Shown: positions 8,927 to 18,263, numbered from the stretch's first letter. The stretch: 36,054 bases of DNA from Promethearchaeota archaeon (GCA_016930515.1 JAFGGO010000088.1:1-36054), one strand, 5' to 3'. Program-made: numbers and translations. The notes: a model not told the origin generated them from the letters alone.

Positions 8927-9579
8927 GCATCATTGAACCTTTAACGCAAGCTTAGGCGCTCGAAATTGCATTGATTGGGATTTCGCTTGGGTTTAGAGGA
9001 ATCAACTAGAAATAACGACTGATTTTAATAGTGTTCGAAGACAGCTATTGCCATTGCAAAACAATAACCCATATCAAAGATCAAAAGAAAATATATGATA
9101 CATCAAGCAACAGGGTTTCGGGAGTCCATACAAACAATATCAAAAGGTTCAAGATCCTCAACGGATTGGCTGAATGGTGTTGCCAAACTCGAAATACAAG
9201 AATGCGTCAAGTCAATCGAATGTTTCAAATATAATATTAAACGCCGGATCAAAGAAAGATTCAAATTGATAAAACTTTCATAATAAAATCGTTTTAACGA
9301 ATGTAGCTTGAAAAATCACTTAATTGAATCATTATTTTGCTTTTAATGCAATTTTTAATAAATATTTTTTAACATAGATTAGTTTTTCTAAATATCGTCA
9401 ACATTAAAATGTAATAAGTCGAGTATATCGATAATTCATTTCTTTATTTTTTAAACGAAAAAAACTATAATCCATAGTTTTTTTAACTTTATTATTTACT
9501 CGCAGGGTCAAGTTAAATTTTTTATATCTCGATTTGTATATTAATATAAAAAATAAATCACATAAAGAGGAAAAATAAG

Positions 9580-10293
9580 CTGAATCGAAAGAAAAAGATT
9601 ATTATTATTATTGCTATAGTTATCGTGATAATAAGTACGGGAGGCATCTTATCTTTTATATTTCTACCTCCATTGTTAGATTCACTCGGTCCGATCCCTC
9701 GGTATGTAAATACCGATTGGATCGATTTAGAATGCATTGCCAACATAAGTAAATTTCACTCCACGATTGGTCACGGATATCCCGAAGAGGATCAAAGCAC
9801 CTCGGACAAGCATTATTTTAATCCCCGTGAGAATTGCAGCGATACGAACGATACAATTGCCGTATACGCACCAGATCGCGTGAAAGTGATCAAGATTGAG
9901 TCTGAGCATCATGTGCTTAGCGATGGTACAATTCGTGGACACCAGATTCATCTCGAATCAATAGCCCATCCCAGCATTACATTCGTGTTTTTTCACATCA
10001 ATATTGAATCAACCAGTTTAGTTGCCGGTCAGACTTTGAACGCTGGGAATAAAGTTGGGTATTGCGATTGTAGGGAGGGATGTAATACCGACTTGGCAAT
10101 ATTTCGAGGAGATAATGCGATTTCGTGGTTTCAAGTAATCACCGATTCGCTGTTCGAGACCTACCACGATAGGGGAATTGCAAGTCGGGAAACCATGATA
10201 AAGACGGCCGGGGAAATTTCGAATTCCACTTCAGCAGGATATAGTTTTAGCAATTCTGATCCTTCGGATTGGGTTGATCTTTCTCTTGATTAA
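9580..10293 (+). CDS. Membrane-anchored exported protein, weakly M23-peptidase-like; start uncertain (CTG 9580 or GTG 9625)
   Basis: Basic + hydrophobic N-terminus RKKKIIIIIAIVIVII; ISKFHSTIGH..KHYF; VYAP..V; FFHI...AGQ.L.AG..VG. Confidence 0.55.
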   Translation: MNRKKKIIIIIAIVIVIISTGGILSFIFLPPLLDSLGPIPRYVNTDWIDLECIANISKFHSTIGHGYPEEDQSTSDKHYFNPRENCSDTNDTIAVYAPDRVKVIKIESEHHVLSDGTIRGHQIHLESIAHPSITFVFFHINIESTSLVAGQTLNAGNKVGYCDCREGCNTDLAIFRGDNAISWFQVITDSLFETYHDRGIASRETMIKTAGEISNSTSAGYSFSNSDPSDWVDLSLD

Positions 10294-10572
10294 CCCTCTA
10301 ACAAAAACTTTCTTTTTTGTACTTTTTTCTTAGCCCTGATTTTTTTCCTTTAAAATATTGAAAACACCATCTATAAGATTATTATTGGATGTGATACATT
10401 TTCATGACATTTGCCTTTTACTGAAGAAGACTTTTATACTATTTTTAGAAGAAACCATAAAAGATGACTTATGAAAATAAAAAAATTCAAATTAAGTCGA
10501 TGTTTAAATAATTATTATAACTTCAAGTTTTTTGAGTCTTTAAGGTTTCAATCGAGATTTAAAAACTTTTTA

Positions 10573-10703
10573 GCCGGTGTAGCTCAGCCTGGTTACAGCG
10601 CTAGACTTCTATAATAAAAGAGACTAGACTCATAATCCTTCTGAAAAAACGGGTCAGACTGGATGGTCTCTAGAGATCGAGGGCTCGAATCCCTCCACCG
10701 GCA
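10573..10703 (+). tRNA. tRNA-Met(CAT), elongator-type, with two introns (10607-10629 at 32/33; 10636-10668 at 38/39)
   Basis: Acceptor GCCGGTG/CACCGGC+A; anticodon stem CTAGA/TCTAG; T-stem GAGGG/CCCTC; removing two BHB-like introns gives loop CTCATAA. Confidence 0.85.
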
Positions 10704-10704
10704 C

Positions 10705-10884
10705 TAAACATTCTTCAAATGTTTTTTTCACATCTTCGTGAGATATGAATTCTCCGTTATCTAATTGTTCAAGACTCTTTGAGATTGCTTGTTGAACTTA
10801 AATGGACTCCATGATATCGTCGTAATTAGCGGTATCGGGAAGTTTTTCAATAGTTTCAATTACTTTATCCTTAATCGTTTGCAT
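10705..10884 (-). pseudogene. Antitoxin-like pseudogene, paralog of 6237-6419
   Basis: MQTIKDKVIETIEKLPDTANYDDIMESI*VQQAISKSLEQLDNGEFISHEDVKK; TAA at 10800-10798 replaces the Tyr seen in the paralog; runs into the tRNA 3' end. Confidence 0.75.
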
Positions 10885-10904
10885 GGTTCTCAATAGAAGT
10901 TACC

Positions 10905-10931
10905 AATTAATTATTTAAATTTTTAATCGTT
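10905..10931. repeat. 27-bp exact direct repeat, copy 1; reads as a BRE/TATA promoter on the minus strand
   Basis: AATTAATTATTTAAATTTTTAATCGTT, identical to 12051-12077; both copies preceded by GAAGTTAC. Confidence 0.8.
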
Positions 10932-11058
10932 TGAATGTCTAAATTTTTATTATTATCTAATTACTTAAATTTTAATAAAGAAACCAATAAATTCTAATAC
11001 TCATATTATTAATTTGTTAAACGAATGGCTAAACCTAAAATAAAAAAAAAACAAAGCC

Positions 11059-11508
11059 GTGTTACTTATGCTCAACGAATCGCGAAAAAAGAGATATAAG
11101 CAAAAATTGGAAAGATTGGGAGAATATAATCAACTTTTTAAAAATTGGTTTAGTGGTTGGAAACTATCCGATTTAGAACAGCAACGCGATTTTGAAAAAA
11201 TTTTTGCCATTTATCATTCAATACAGCTAATTATAGAGGTAATTACCGATATAATTGCGATGATATTAAAGGATTTATCGCTTGTTGTTGAGGATAATTA
11301 CACGAATTTTGAAAAACTTTTTAAAAAGAAGATGATTTCAAACGATTTATTCCAAGGATTGAAGAAATTAAATGGATTAAGGAATAGGATAGTTCACGAT
11401 TACAATGGAATTATCGACGAAGTAGTGTGGGTTTCAATGGAAGAAAATAATAAATATATAGACGAATTTGAGTCGATCGTGAAAAAATGGTTAGAACAGA
11501 ACACTTAG
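11059..11508 (+). CDS. HepT-like (DUF86) HEPN RNase toxin
   Basis: RNRIVHDY (Rx4H + Y) motif; overlaps the MNT gene. Confidence 0.9.
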   Translation: MLLMLNESRKKRYKQKLERLGEYNQLFKNWFSGWKLSDLEQQRDFEKIFAIYHSIQLIIEVITDIIAMILKDLSLVVEDNYTNFEKLFKKKMISNDLFQGLKKLNGLRNRIVHDYNGIIDEVVWVSMEENNKYIDEFESIVKKWLEQNT

Positions 11509-11885
11509 AACATGTTAAAAGAATAATAAATCGAGTAAAGGAAGATTTTAACTTTATTAAGGCGAATCCTAAAATCCTTGGTGTAATTCTATATGGTTCC
11601 AAAATTCACGGTTTTCATCATCAAAAAAGCGATATTGACATTTGCATCGCTACAACTTATGAAAAACTCGTGGATGCTTATAATTATATTATCGAAAATA
11701 TTAACTTCAATCAAGAAATCTACGACATTCGATTCTTTAACGAGCTTCCGCTTGTCATCCAAGGAGAAATAATGGAAAATGGAATAATAGCAATTTCAAA
11801 CGATATATATTCCTTAAAAGAGTACTTTTTTACATATCGAAAAATGTACGACGATTGGAAATTCAAGATTGAACATTGTATTTAA
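11487..11885 (+). CDS. Minimal nucleotidyltransferase (MntA-like antitoxin)
   Basis: ILYGS...SDIDI motif; FNELPL.IQ.EI..NG. Confidence 0.9.
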   Translation: MVRTEHLEHVKRIINRVKEDFNFIKANPKILGVILYGSKIHGFHHQKSDIDICIATTYEKLVDAYNYIIENINFNQEIYDIRFFNELPLVIQGEIMENGIIAISNDIYSLKEYFFTYRKMYDDWKFKIEHCI

Positions 11886-11896
11886 ATAATTTTTTC

Positions 11897-12005
11897 AATC
11901 TCCTTATGATTCCTTGAGCGGTTATTATACCCGTTATAGCCGCTCCTACCATGCCCTAGAAAGACCCGATCCGTCTCCTGCGAAAAATACCTTTTTAAAG
12001 CGCAT
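11897..12005 (-). pseudogene. Diverged remnant of the 3' end of the FAD oxidoreductase gene 12828-14237
   Basis: RFKKVFFAGDGSGLSR(frameshift)MVGAAITGIITAQGIIRR versus RFKKIFFAGDGAGLSRGIVGAAVTGIIAAQGILRR. Confidence 0.9.
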
Positions 12006-12050
12006 CGTTCCATTAATGATATAGACTATTTTTTGGGGAAGTTACAAATA

Positions 12051-12077
12051 AATTAATTATTTAAATTTTTAATCGTT
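12051..12077. repeat. 27-bp exact direct repeat, copy 2
   Basis: Identical to 10905-10931. Confidence 0.8.
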
Positions 12078-12202
12078 CACTATGAATATGAAATTATACA
12101 TTTTAGGATAGTCCCTTGTAGGAGAGAAATATACTCGTGAGTAACAAGGAGTTTTAAAAGATAAATTTTTATGATTTTTAACCATATAGATCTTGATAAA
12201 AA

Positions 12203-12343
12203 ATGACACCATCTATTTCAATTAACGAAGATACTTACGAATTATCAGTAAAATATAGACTTAAGAACGGAACTTTTTCAGAAGCTATAAAAAGGTTATT
12301 AGAATCCAATCTTGATGTCTATTTAAAATCAAAAATCAAATAA
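12203..12343 (+). CDS. Small archaeal VapB/DUF217-like antitoxin (46 aa, possibly truncated; not in ORF track)
   Basis: MTPSISINEDTYELSVKYRLKNGTFSEAIKRLLE fits the family pattern TISI.E..YE.L...K...ESFS..I.RLL. Confidence 0.6.
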   Translation: MTPSISINEDTYELSVKYRLKNGTFSEAIKRLLESNLDVYLKSKIK

Positions 12344-12365
12344 TTTCAATTTATACTTTAATACA

Positions 12366-12797
12366 ATGAATATTAATGATTTTAGGAGATCGTTCAAGTT
12401 TGACGAGAAATCCTCTGAATATCGCCTATGGATAAAACATGAGAGCGGTATTCAAAACAAGATAATATTCTCTATAGACGCCGAAGGTCTTGATGAAAAT
12501 GAAATTAATAAATTATTGGAACTAGTCTTTAAGTTTTACGAGAAATTAGACAGTTGGATCGTTGATTCTAAAGAATTTGCGGTAAGTGAATTGCTAGACA
12601 TAAAAAATAAATCGTGGTTAGCAAAAGGCGAAGAAAGAGTTTCAGAAGACGAGTTCAAATCGAGGATGAGTCTCATTAATGTTGCTTTTTTTGAGGATGG
12701 ATATATGGCTTTTTTTGACGCAAAAGACATGTTTACCGAACACGCAATTATAATTAATGGAGATTTTGACAAGGGTTTTTCTGATTGTTATCTTTAG
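12366..12797 (+). CDS. DUF2262-like protein
   Basis: FAVSELLDIKNKSWL, SEDEFKSRMSL, FFDAKDMFTEHAIIING. Confidence 0.7.
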   Translation: MNINDFRRSFKFDEKSSEYRLWIKHESGIQNKIIFSIDAEGLDENEINKLLELVFKFYEKLDSWIVDSKEFAVSELLDIKNKSWLAKGEERVSEDEFKSRMSLINVAFFEDGYMAFFDAKDMFTEHAIIINGDFDKGFSDCYL

Positions 12798-12827
12798 CAA
12801 AAGACCGAGTAAATTTACATCTAATCT

Positions 12828-14237
12828 TTATTTATAAATTCTCCTGAGTATACCTTGAGCAGCGATGATTCCCGTGACCGCTGCGCCTACTATTCCTCTC
12901 GAAAGTCCAGCACCGTCTCCAGCGAAGAAGATCTTTTTAAAGCGTTTGGACTCCAAGAACGGGGAAACCTGTACGAGCTTGGCGCTTCTCTTGAATTCGG
13001 GCGCATATAGTAAGGTGCTATCGTTATTCACCCCCGGAATGATGTGATCAAGTCGCTCTAAACCTTCTAAGATGTCTTTAACGAATCGGTAGGGATATGC
13101 CATTGCGATGTCTCCCGGAGTCACGTCGTTCAGAGTGGGTTGAACTGGATTTTTGCTTATGAGGGCAGGTCTTGAACGGTGTCCCTTGCGGAGGTCACCG
13201 AGGGTTTGAATAAGGGGTTTATAACCGCCTAAAACTGACGCTTGTTTCGCAATGGCGCGCCCGTATTCCGTGGTATCCTCTAAGGGCGCAGTTAAAGCTT
13301 GCCGTATCAAGAACGCAAAATTTGAGTTTCTTGAATCGCCATCAGAAGTGAACTGATGCCCGTTCACTCCCACGATCTTTTCCTCGTACATTTCCTTGAC
13401 CACATATCCCTTGTGATTAACGCAAAAGGTTCGAACGAAATCATTATAGGTAGGAGTTATGATGTGAAACTTGGGATCGCGCTGGATATTTTCGCAAATC
13501 TCTTCGAGTATGATGGAGGGAACTTCCACGCGAACGCCTATATCTAAAGGCAAATAGGAGGTTCGAATACCAAGCTCCTCGCACTGTTTAGACAACCATA
13601 CCATGCCCCATCTCCCTGGAGCCAAGAGGATCGCGTCGAACTTTTCTTGAGAATCGGTTTTTTCCTTATTTCCAAAATATAGTTGCTTGTTTGCATCGAA
13701 CCGTTGGACTTTCGTATTCGGAAAGAACTTAACATCGTAATCAGATTCCAAGGTTTTCTGGATGGATTTTATCACATTCGGCGTGTTTTCCGTCCCTAAC
13801 AATCTCTGCTTGATGGGCACGAACCGGATGTCCATGGACGCTGCCCTGAAAAGCAGGTCTTTTAGTTTTTGCTCGTTCTGAAAGGGATTAAACAGCTTAT
13901 CAGGAGCGCCATTTTGTAGGAAAAAGGCTTCTATGTGTCCAATTATCTGTTTTGCGTCAAGACCTGCATTATTGCACAATTGGGCTAAATCCCCACCAAT
14001 GTTCTCGTCAAGGTTGAGTATGCCCGAGGAAAATGCTCCTGCGCCGCCTATTCCCGACATGATCTTGCACGGATCGCAGCCCATACAGGCAAGTCCTTCG
14101 GATATGGCGCAGTATCTCTTGTCCACGGGCGGTCCTTGGTCAAACACCTTGATTTCGAGGTCTGGGATGCCCGACTTTCCGAGCTCGCTTGCGGCAAATA
14201 GCCCCGCCGATCCCGCTCCGACAATTCCAATTTTCAT
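12828..14237 (-). CDS. FAD-dependent oxidoreductase (COG2509-like) with an N-terminal Cys cluster
   Basis: GAGSAG, C..CDPC.IMSGIGGAGAFS, DIGVRVE, VRTFC, VNGH, LYAPE.K, AGDGAG.SRG. Confidence 0.9.
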   Translation of the reverse strand: MKIGIVGAGSAGLFAASELGKSGIPDLEIKVFDQGPPVDKRYCAISEGLACMGCDPCKIMSGIGGAGAFSSGILNLDENIGGDLAQLCNNAGLDAKQIIGHIEAFFLQNGAPDKLFNPFQNEQKLKDLLFRAASMDIRFVPIKQRLLGTENTPNVIKSIQKTLESDYDVKFFPNTKVQRFDANKQLYFGNKEKTDSQEKFDAILLAPGRWGMVWLSKQCEELGIRTSYLPLDIGVRVEVPSIILEEICENIQRDPKFHIITPTYNDFVRTFCVNHKGYVVKEMYEEKIVGVNGHQFTSDGDSRNSNFAFLIRQALTAPLEDTTEYGRAIAKQASVLGGYKPLIQTLGDLRKGHRSRPALISKNPVQPTLNDVTPGDIAMAYPYRFVKDILEGLERLDHIIPGVNNDSTLLYAPEFKRSAKLVQVSPFLESKRFKKIFFAGDGAGLSRGIVGAAVTGIIAAQGILRRIYK

Positions 14238-14480
14238 ATGTATTATTCGTTAAGTTGTCGATATAATCTTTTTGTTATGTTTTTTTTTATTATGTAAGAA
14301 ATTTTAGTTATTATACGCAATATAAATAGACTTAAATTAGTGATAGATAGTATGAGTAATCTACTGCCCTAAAAAGAAAAGTATAAAACTTTTTAATGAT
14401 TTTTTTTTACAAGTTCAAATGGATTAAATGTCGTATTTCTGTATTATAAAACCCAACGATACTATTTAATGAGCATCAAC

Positions 14481-14554
14481 GCCTCTGTTGCATAGCTGGT
14501 TATTGCGTTGCCTTGGTAAGGCAAAGGTCGGGGGTTCAAATCCCCCCAGAGGCT
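14481..14554 (+). tRNA. tRNA-Thr(GGT)
   Basis: GCCTCTG/CAGAGGC acceptor, TTGCC-TTGGTAA-GGCAA anticodon arm, GGGGG-TTCAAAT-CCCCC T arm. Confidence 0.95.
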
Positions 14555-15030
14555 ACTATTAAATTATTAATGCTTAGATTAGATTTTAATCGTGAAATAA
14601 TTATTATATATAATACCAACACTAAAAATCAATAAAGAACTACAAAATATTTTTCTTATGGATTTTGCCGAACGAAAAAAAGCAAAAGAAAAAATATTCT
14701 CAAACGATGAAGAATTGAGAGATTTCTTGGTTTCTTGTGGATAAAATTATAGTCAAGATATTGGTAAAAATAAAAATTATTCTTATTTCTTGAGTTTATA
14801 AGATAGTAATTTTTTTAAAATTCTCTTTTCATTACCACTTAAGATATTAACGACAAAATTTAGCACCGATTTGAACCATTCATATTTTCTCGTATCTTTA
14901 CCATATACCTTTCCTTGCCCTCGAAATGTAAGGAATTAACTTGCTTATTAATTCAAGCGCGTGGTGACTAACCTTCCCTTTTTTGAGTATCGATTGAATG
15001 AATTTTTCTTCGCTTTCAATGTGAAAACTT

Positions 15031-16736
15031 AAATATTCGTGGTAACCAATATTACCCATACACATGACATTTTTAATCAAGAAAAAAATTAAAGGCAATG
15101 TTTATCTGTATCTTGCAAGAAACGCCCGAATTAACGGTAAAACGAGGAGAATATGGGAGAAATACATTGGTCCCGAAAATAACATAAATGAACAAACGGA
15201 ATTGTTGGTCGATCCCGAACCAAGCGTCACGACTCTTGATTTCGGACTTCCCATTGCACTCATGGGCTTGGTAAAACAACTCGGACTCGTTGGAATCATC
15301 AATAAGTGCACGAGCAAGCGCTCTCAGGGGCTTTCCGTGGGGCATTACATGGTCTTGGCTGCCATTAACAGTTGCGTGAAACCCACTTCCAAGGCGAGAT
15401 TGCTCCGCTGGTTTGAGCACACCGCTCTTTTCAAGGAATTTCCGCCTATTGAAACCTATTTAGATTCAATGGCATATGCAAACCACTTCAAGTACCTGAC
15501 ATCTGAAGCGATAAAGAACATCGAAGCGCTTATTAACAAGAATTTAATTGAAAAATTTAACCTGTCCATGAATTCGCTATTTTACGACCCGAAGAGCTTT
15601 TTTACCTATATCAACCCGAAGGAGGGCGTGGAAATTCCGAAACACGGTCATTCCAAGGAAGGCCGATCCACCCTGAACTTAGTGGGATTGACCTTGTTCT
15701 GTACCAAAGACGGAGGTGTGCCCGTCCTTCACGAGGTATATCCAGGAAATGTTCACAACGCCAAGATATTTAAGGAACAGGTTTCCAAGCTTTTTGAGAG
15801 ATTAAAACAAGCAAGTGTGGATCCCCGGGAAATTTGCGTGGTGTTTGATAAGGGAAACCTCTCCCAAGAAGCGTTTGAACAAGTGTACGACGCGGGACTC
15901 CGGTTCGTCTGCTCGATACGCCCCAGCACGCAAAAAGAATTCGATCGTTTAACGCCTTCCGATTTTTCTCTCGAAAAGCTGCCGAACGGAAAAGAAATAG
16001 GCGTGCTCGAGTTTGCTCGAAATGTGTACGGTCAACACGATCGACTCTTCGTGGTATTTAATCCACGAATGAAAGCGTGGCAGGAAAAAAACCTCCTTGC
16101 GAAGCTCGAAACGAAAATCGAAACCGTTCGCAATTTTTTTGAAGAACGCTTGAACGCAAAAAAATGGAGGGCTCCTGAGGCCATTGAGAAAAAGATTCGG
16201 GACGTTTTCAAGACGAAAAAGCATTTAGATCTCGTAGATTACTCGGTTTCCGGCACGCTTGGAAATGTGGCGTACACGCTAAAAATCAATGAGAAAGCGC
16301 TGGAGGACCGCTTAAACACGCTCGGCAAGAGTTATTTCTTGTCGAACCATCCCGAGATGGCTCCTCTCGATGTCGTGTGGTTGTATCGACAACAGAATAC
16401 CATGGAGCGCGCCTTCAAGTACATCAAGTCCCCTTCCCTGTTATCCGCCCGACCGATGTATCATTGGACGGAGGAGAGCATCCGTGGACATTTATTTACC
16501 TGCGTACTCGGACTGTTGTTATTAACTCTTCTTACCCGAAAGGTCCAAAAAGAGTTCGATCACATGAGCCTCTGGCGCATCGTTGAGGTTCTTTCAGAAA
16601 TTGAATTGGTAATCGTTCAATACAAGGGGACCAAGAAAATCGTGAAAAAAATCGTGGATGTTTCTCCTGACGCCAGGCGATTGCTAAAATTTTTAGAACT
16701 TGAGGCACCTGCGTGATTTTTTTTTTTGTAGTCCCT
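15031..16736 (+). mobile_element. IS1634-family insertion sequence (ends tentative)
   Basis: Transposase flanked by a possible 5-bp duplication AACTT (15026-15030 and 16737-16741); no convincing terminal inverted repeat. Confidence 0.55.
15064..16716 (+). CDS. IS1634-family DDE transposase
   Basis: N-terminal KKKIKGNVYLYL..NARINGK, LFYD, GHSK, YPGN, VFDKG, YRQQNTMERAFK, RPMYHWTEESIRGH. Confidence 0.92.
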   Translation: MTFLIKKKIKGNVYLYLARNARINGKTRRIWEKYIGPENNINEQTELLVDPEPSVTTLDFGLPIALMGLVKQLGLVGIINKCTSKRSQGLSVGHYMVLAAINSCVKPTSKARLLRWFEHTALFKEFPPIETYLDSMAYANHFKYLTSEAIKNIEALINKNLIEKFNLSMNSLFYDPKSFFTYINPKEGVEIPKHGHSKEGRSTLNLVGLTLFCTKDGGVPVLHEVYPGNVHNAKIFKEQVSKLFERLKQASVDPREICVVFDKGNLSQEAFEQVYDAGLRFVCSIRPSTQKEFDRLTPSDFSLEKLPNGKEIGVLEFARNVYGQHDRLFVVFNPRMKAWQEKNLLAKLETKIETVRNFFEERLNAKKWRAPEAIEKKIRDVFKTKKHLDLVDYSVSGTLGNVAYTLKINEKALEDRLNTLGKSYFLSNHPEMAPLDVVWLYRQQNTMERAFKYIKSPSLLSARPMYHWTEESIRGHLFTCVLGLLLLTLLTRKVQKEFDHMSLWRIVEVLSEIELVIVQYKGTKKIVKKIVDVSPDARRLLKFLELEAPA

Positions 16737-16844
16737 AACTTTTTTATCGCACGGTGAGAGGGGGCCATCTATCGAGAGTAGAGAAAGAAAAAAGGTTAAT
16801 TTTTTAATAACTTATAAACTCAAGAATTTATAATAAATTTATTG

Positions 16845-18263
16845 TTAATTCCATAATGATGTATCATATTTTTTCATCATTTTTTTAATGGTCTTCCTAT
16901 GGTTTAAAACATGTTGTTTATAACCTTTGCATAATGTTCTAAAACCCAACGCCACCACAATATTTTTGGTGTGAAAAAGGGTGGCCCAAAACCCTCTTCG
17001 CCATCGAAAAATCTTTAATATTCTATTCAAATGAAGATAATAGTTCTTGTAAAATTCATCAATAGATATGTGTTTTGGTTTGATAATAAGCCTGTCCATT
17101 AGCAACTCATCCCAATCTGCGGGAAAATTAGAATACATGAGTCTTCCTTCTTCTTTTACTCTCTCATATAAAGGTGTACCTGGGAGAGGGACGACGATTC
17201 CTATGTCTAGGGCGTCTACTTTCGATCTTTTGAAAAATTCGCTAATTCTTAAAAGCGAGTCAAGGTCATCATCGTCCATTCCATACATCGTTGCACCTAC
17301 GACACCGATACCACATTTTTGAATGGTCTTAATGGCGATCTTATATTTTTCGAGCATAGCTAGAAAATCATCTTGGACATCCTTTAATTTTAAAAAAGAA
17401 ATATTTGCTTGCTTGTTCATTTCCTTAAGGACTTTTAAGTTAAAGGATTCAAAACCGATATATAATTGCCTCAATCCCGCTTTATATGCAAGTTTTAAAA
17501 GATCTACTCGATCGGCAATGTTGATTGATGATTGAGTTCCCCAAATCTTGTTTAGTTTGTTGTCAATTATCATTTGAAGGAGTTTTTTCTTTTGCTCAAA
17601 GTGGCGCTCAGTGAATCCAAAAAAATTGTCGTCGGTGAAATATACAACCTTTTTTTTTATTGTCCTTAATTCTTTTATGACATCCTCGATAGGACGATGC
17701 TTGTATCTGTTTCCAAAATGTCGAGTTGAGTAGCAATACTCGCAAGCGAATGGACACCCTCGCGATGACTCGATTCCAACAGCAAAATATCTATCATCTA
17801 AATCGGAGTGATCCAATATTACCATCTGTTCTCCGGTACAATACGATGGGCCATATATGGATTTTAATTCACCGTTTTCAAAGTCTTCGATAAGTATTTT
17901 CCATATCAGTTCTGCTTCTCCAATTACGACGCAGTCAACATAATTAAGTGCCTCCTCTAACATTGGAGAAGCATGAACTCCTCCCATAATTGTTTTTATT
18001 CCTCTTTCACGATACTTTGATGCGATTTCGTATGCATGAGTTGCGTTGACAGTTGACGCAGAAATACCTACTAAATCACAATCAATAAAATCTGTAAATT
18101 CGTCCAAGCTTTCGTCAAAAATTTTCACATCCCAGTGATTTGGAGTAAGTGCTGCAATTATTTGTAATCCAAGAGGATTAACCTGGAGTTCTGGATAATA
18201 AGATTTTTGAACCTGACGGTTAACGGCACTGATAAGTATTAATCTTAATTTCTTTTCATTCAT
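16845..18263 (-). CDS. B12-binding radical SAM protein
   Basis: PLGL..IAALTP, DLVGIS, MGGVHAS, IGEAE; SRGCPFACEYC (CxxxCxxC), FTDDNF, IGFES, PLPGTPLY. Confidence 0.93.
   Translation of the reverse strand: MNEKKLRLILISAVNRQVQKSYYPELQVNPLGLQIIAALTPNHWDVKIFDESLDEFTDFIDCDLVGISASTVNATHAYEIASKYRERGIKTIMGGVHASPMLEEALNYVDCVVIGEAELIWKILIEDFENGELKSIYGPSYCTGEQMVILDHSDLDDRYFAVGIESSRGCPFACEYCYSTRHFGNRYKHRPIEDVIKELRTIKKKVVYFTDDNFFGFTERHFEQKKKLLQMIIDNKLNKIWGTQSSINIADRVDLLKLAYKAGLRQLYIGFESFNLKVLKEMNKQANISFLKLKDVQDDFLAMLEKYKIAIKTIQKCGIGVVGATMYGMDDDDLDSLLRISEFFKRSKVDALDIGIVVPLPGTPLYERVKEEGRLMYSNFPADWDELLMDRLIIKPKHISIDEFYKNYYLHLNRILKIFRWRRGFWATLFHTKNIVVALGFRTLCKGYKQHVLNHRKTIKKMMKKYDTSLWN

Noticed and set aside
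9031-9283. Short overlapping ORFs after paaI
   Set aside because: No recognisable motif in any frame I checked; may be a decayed fragment.
10601-10612. tRNA-Arg(TCT) with a single intron
   Set aside because: No BHB fits a 37/38 intron. The two-intron model gives good splice motifs, a CTCATAA loop and a Met-like body with A73.
14600-15030. Gene remnant or integrase after tRNA-Thr
   Set aside because: Frames have several stops, with no recognisable family and no duplicated tRNA 3' end. Removing the IS at the tentative ends did not restore a long ORF.
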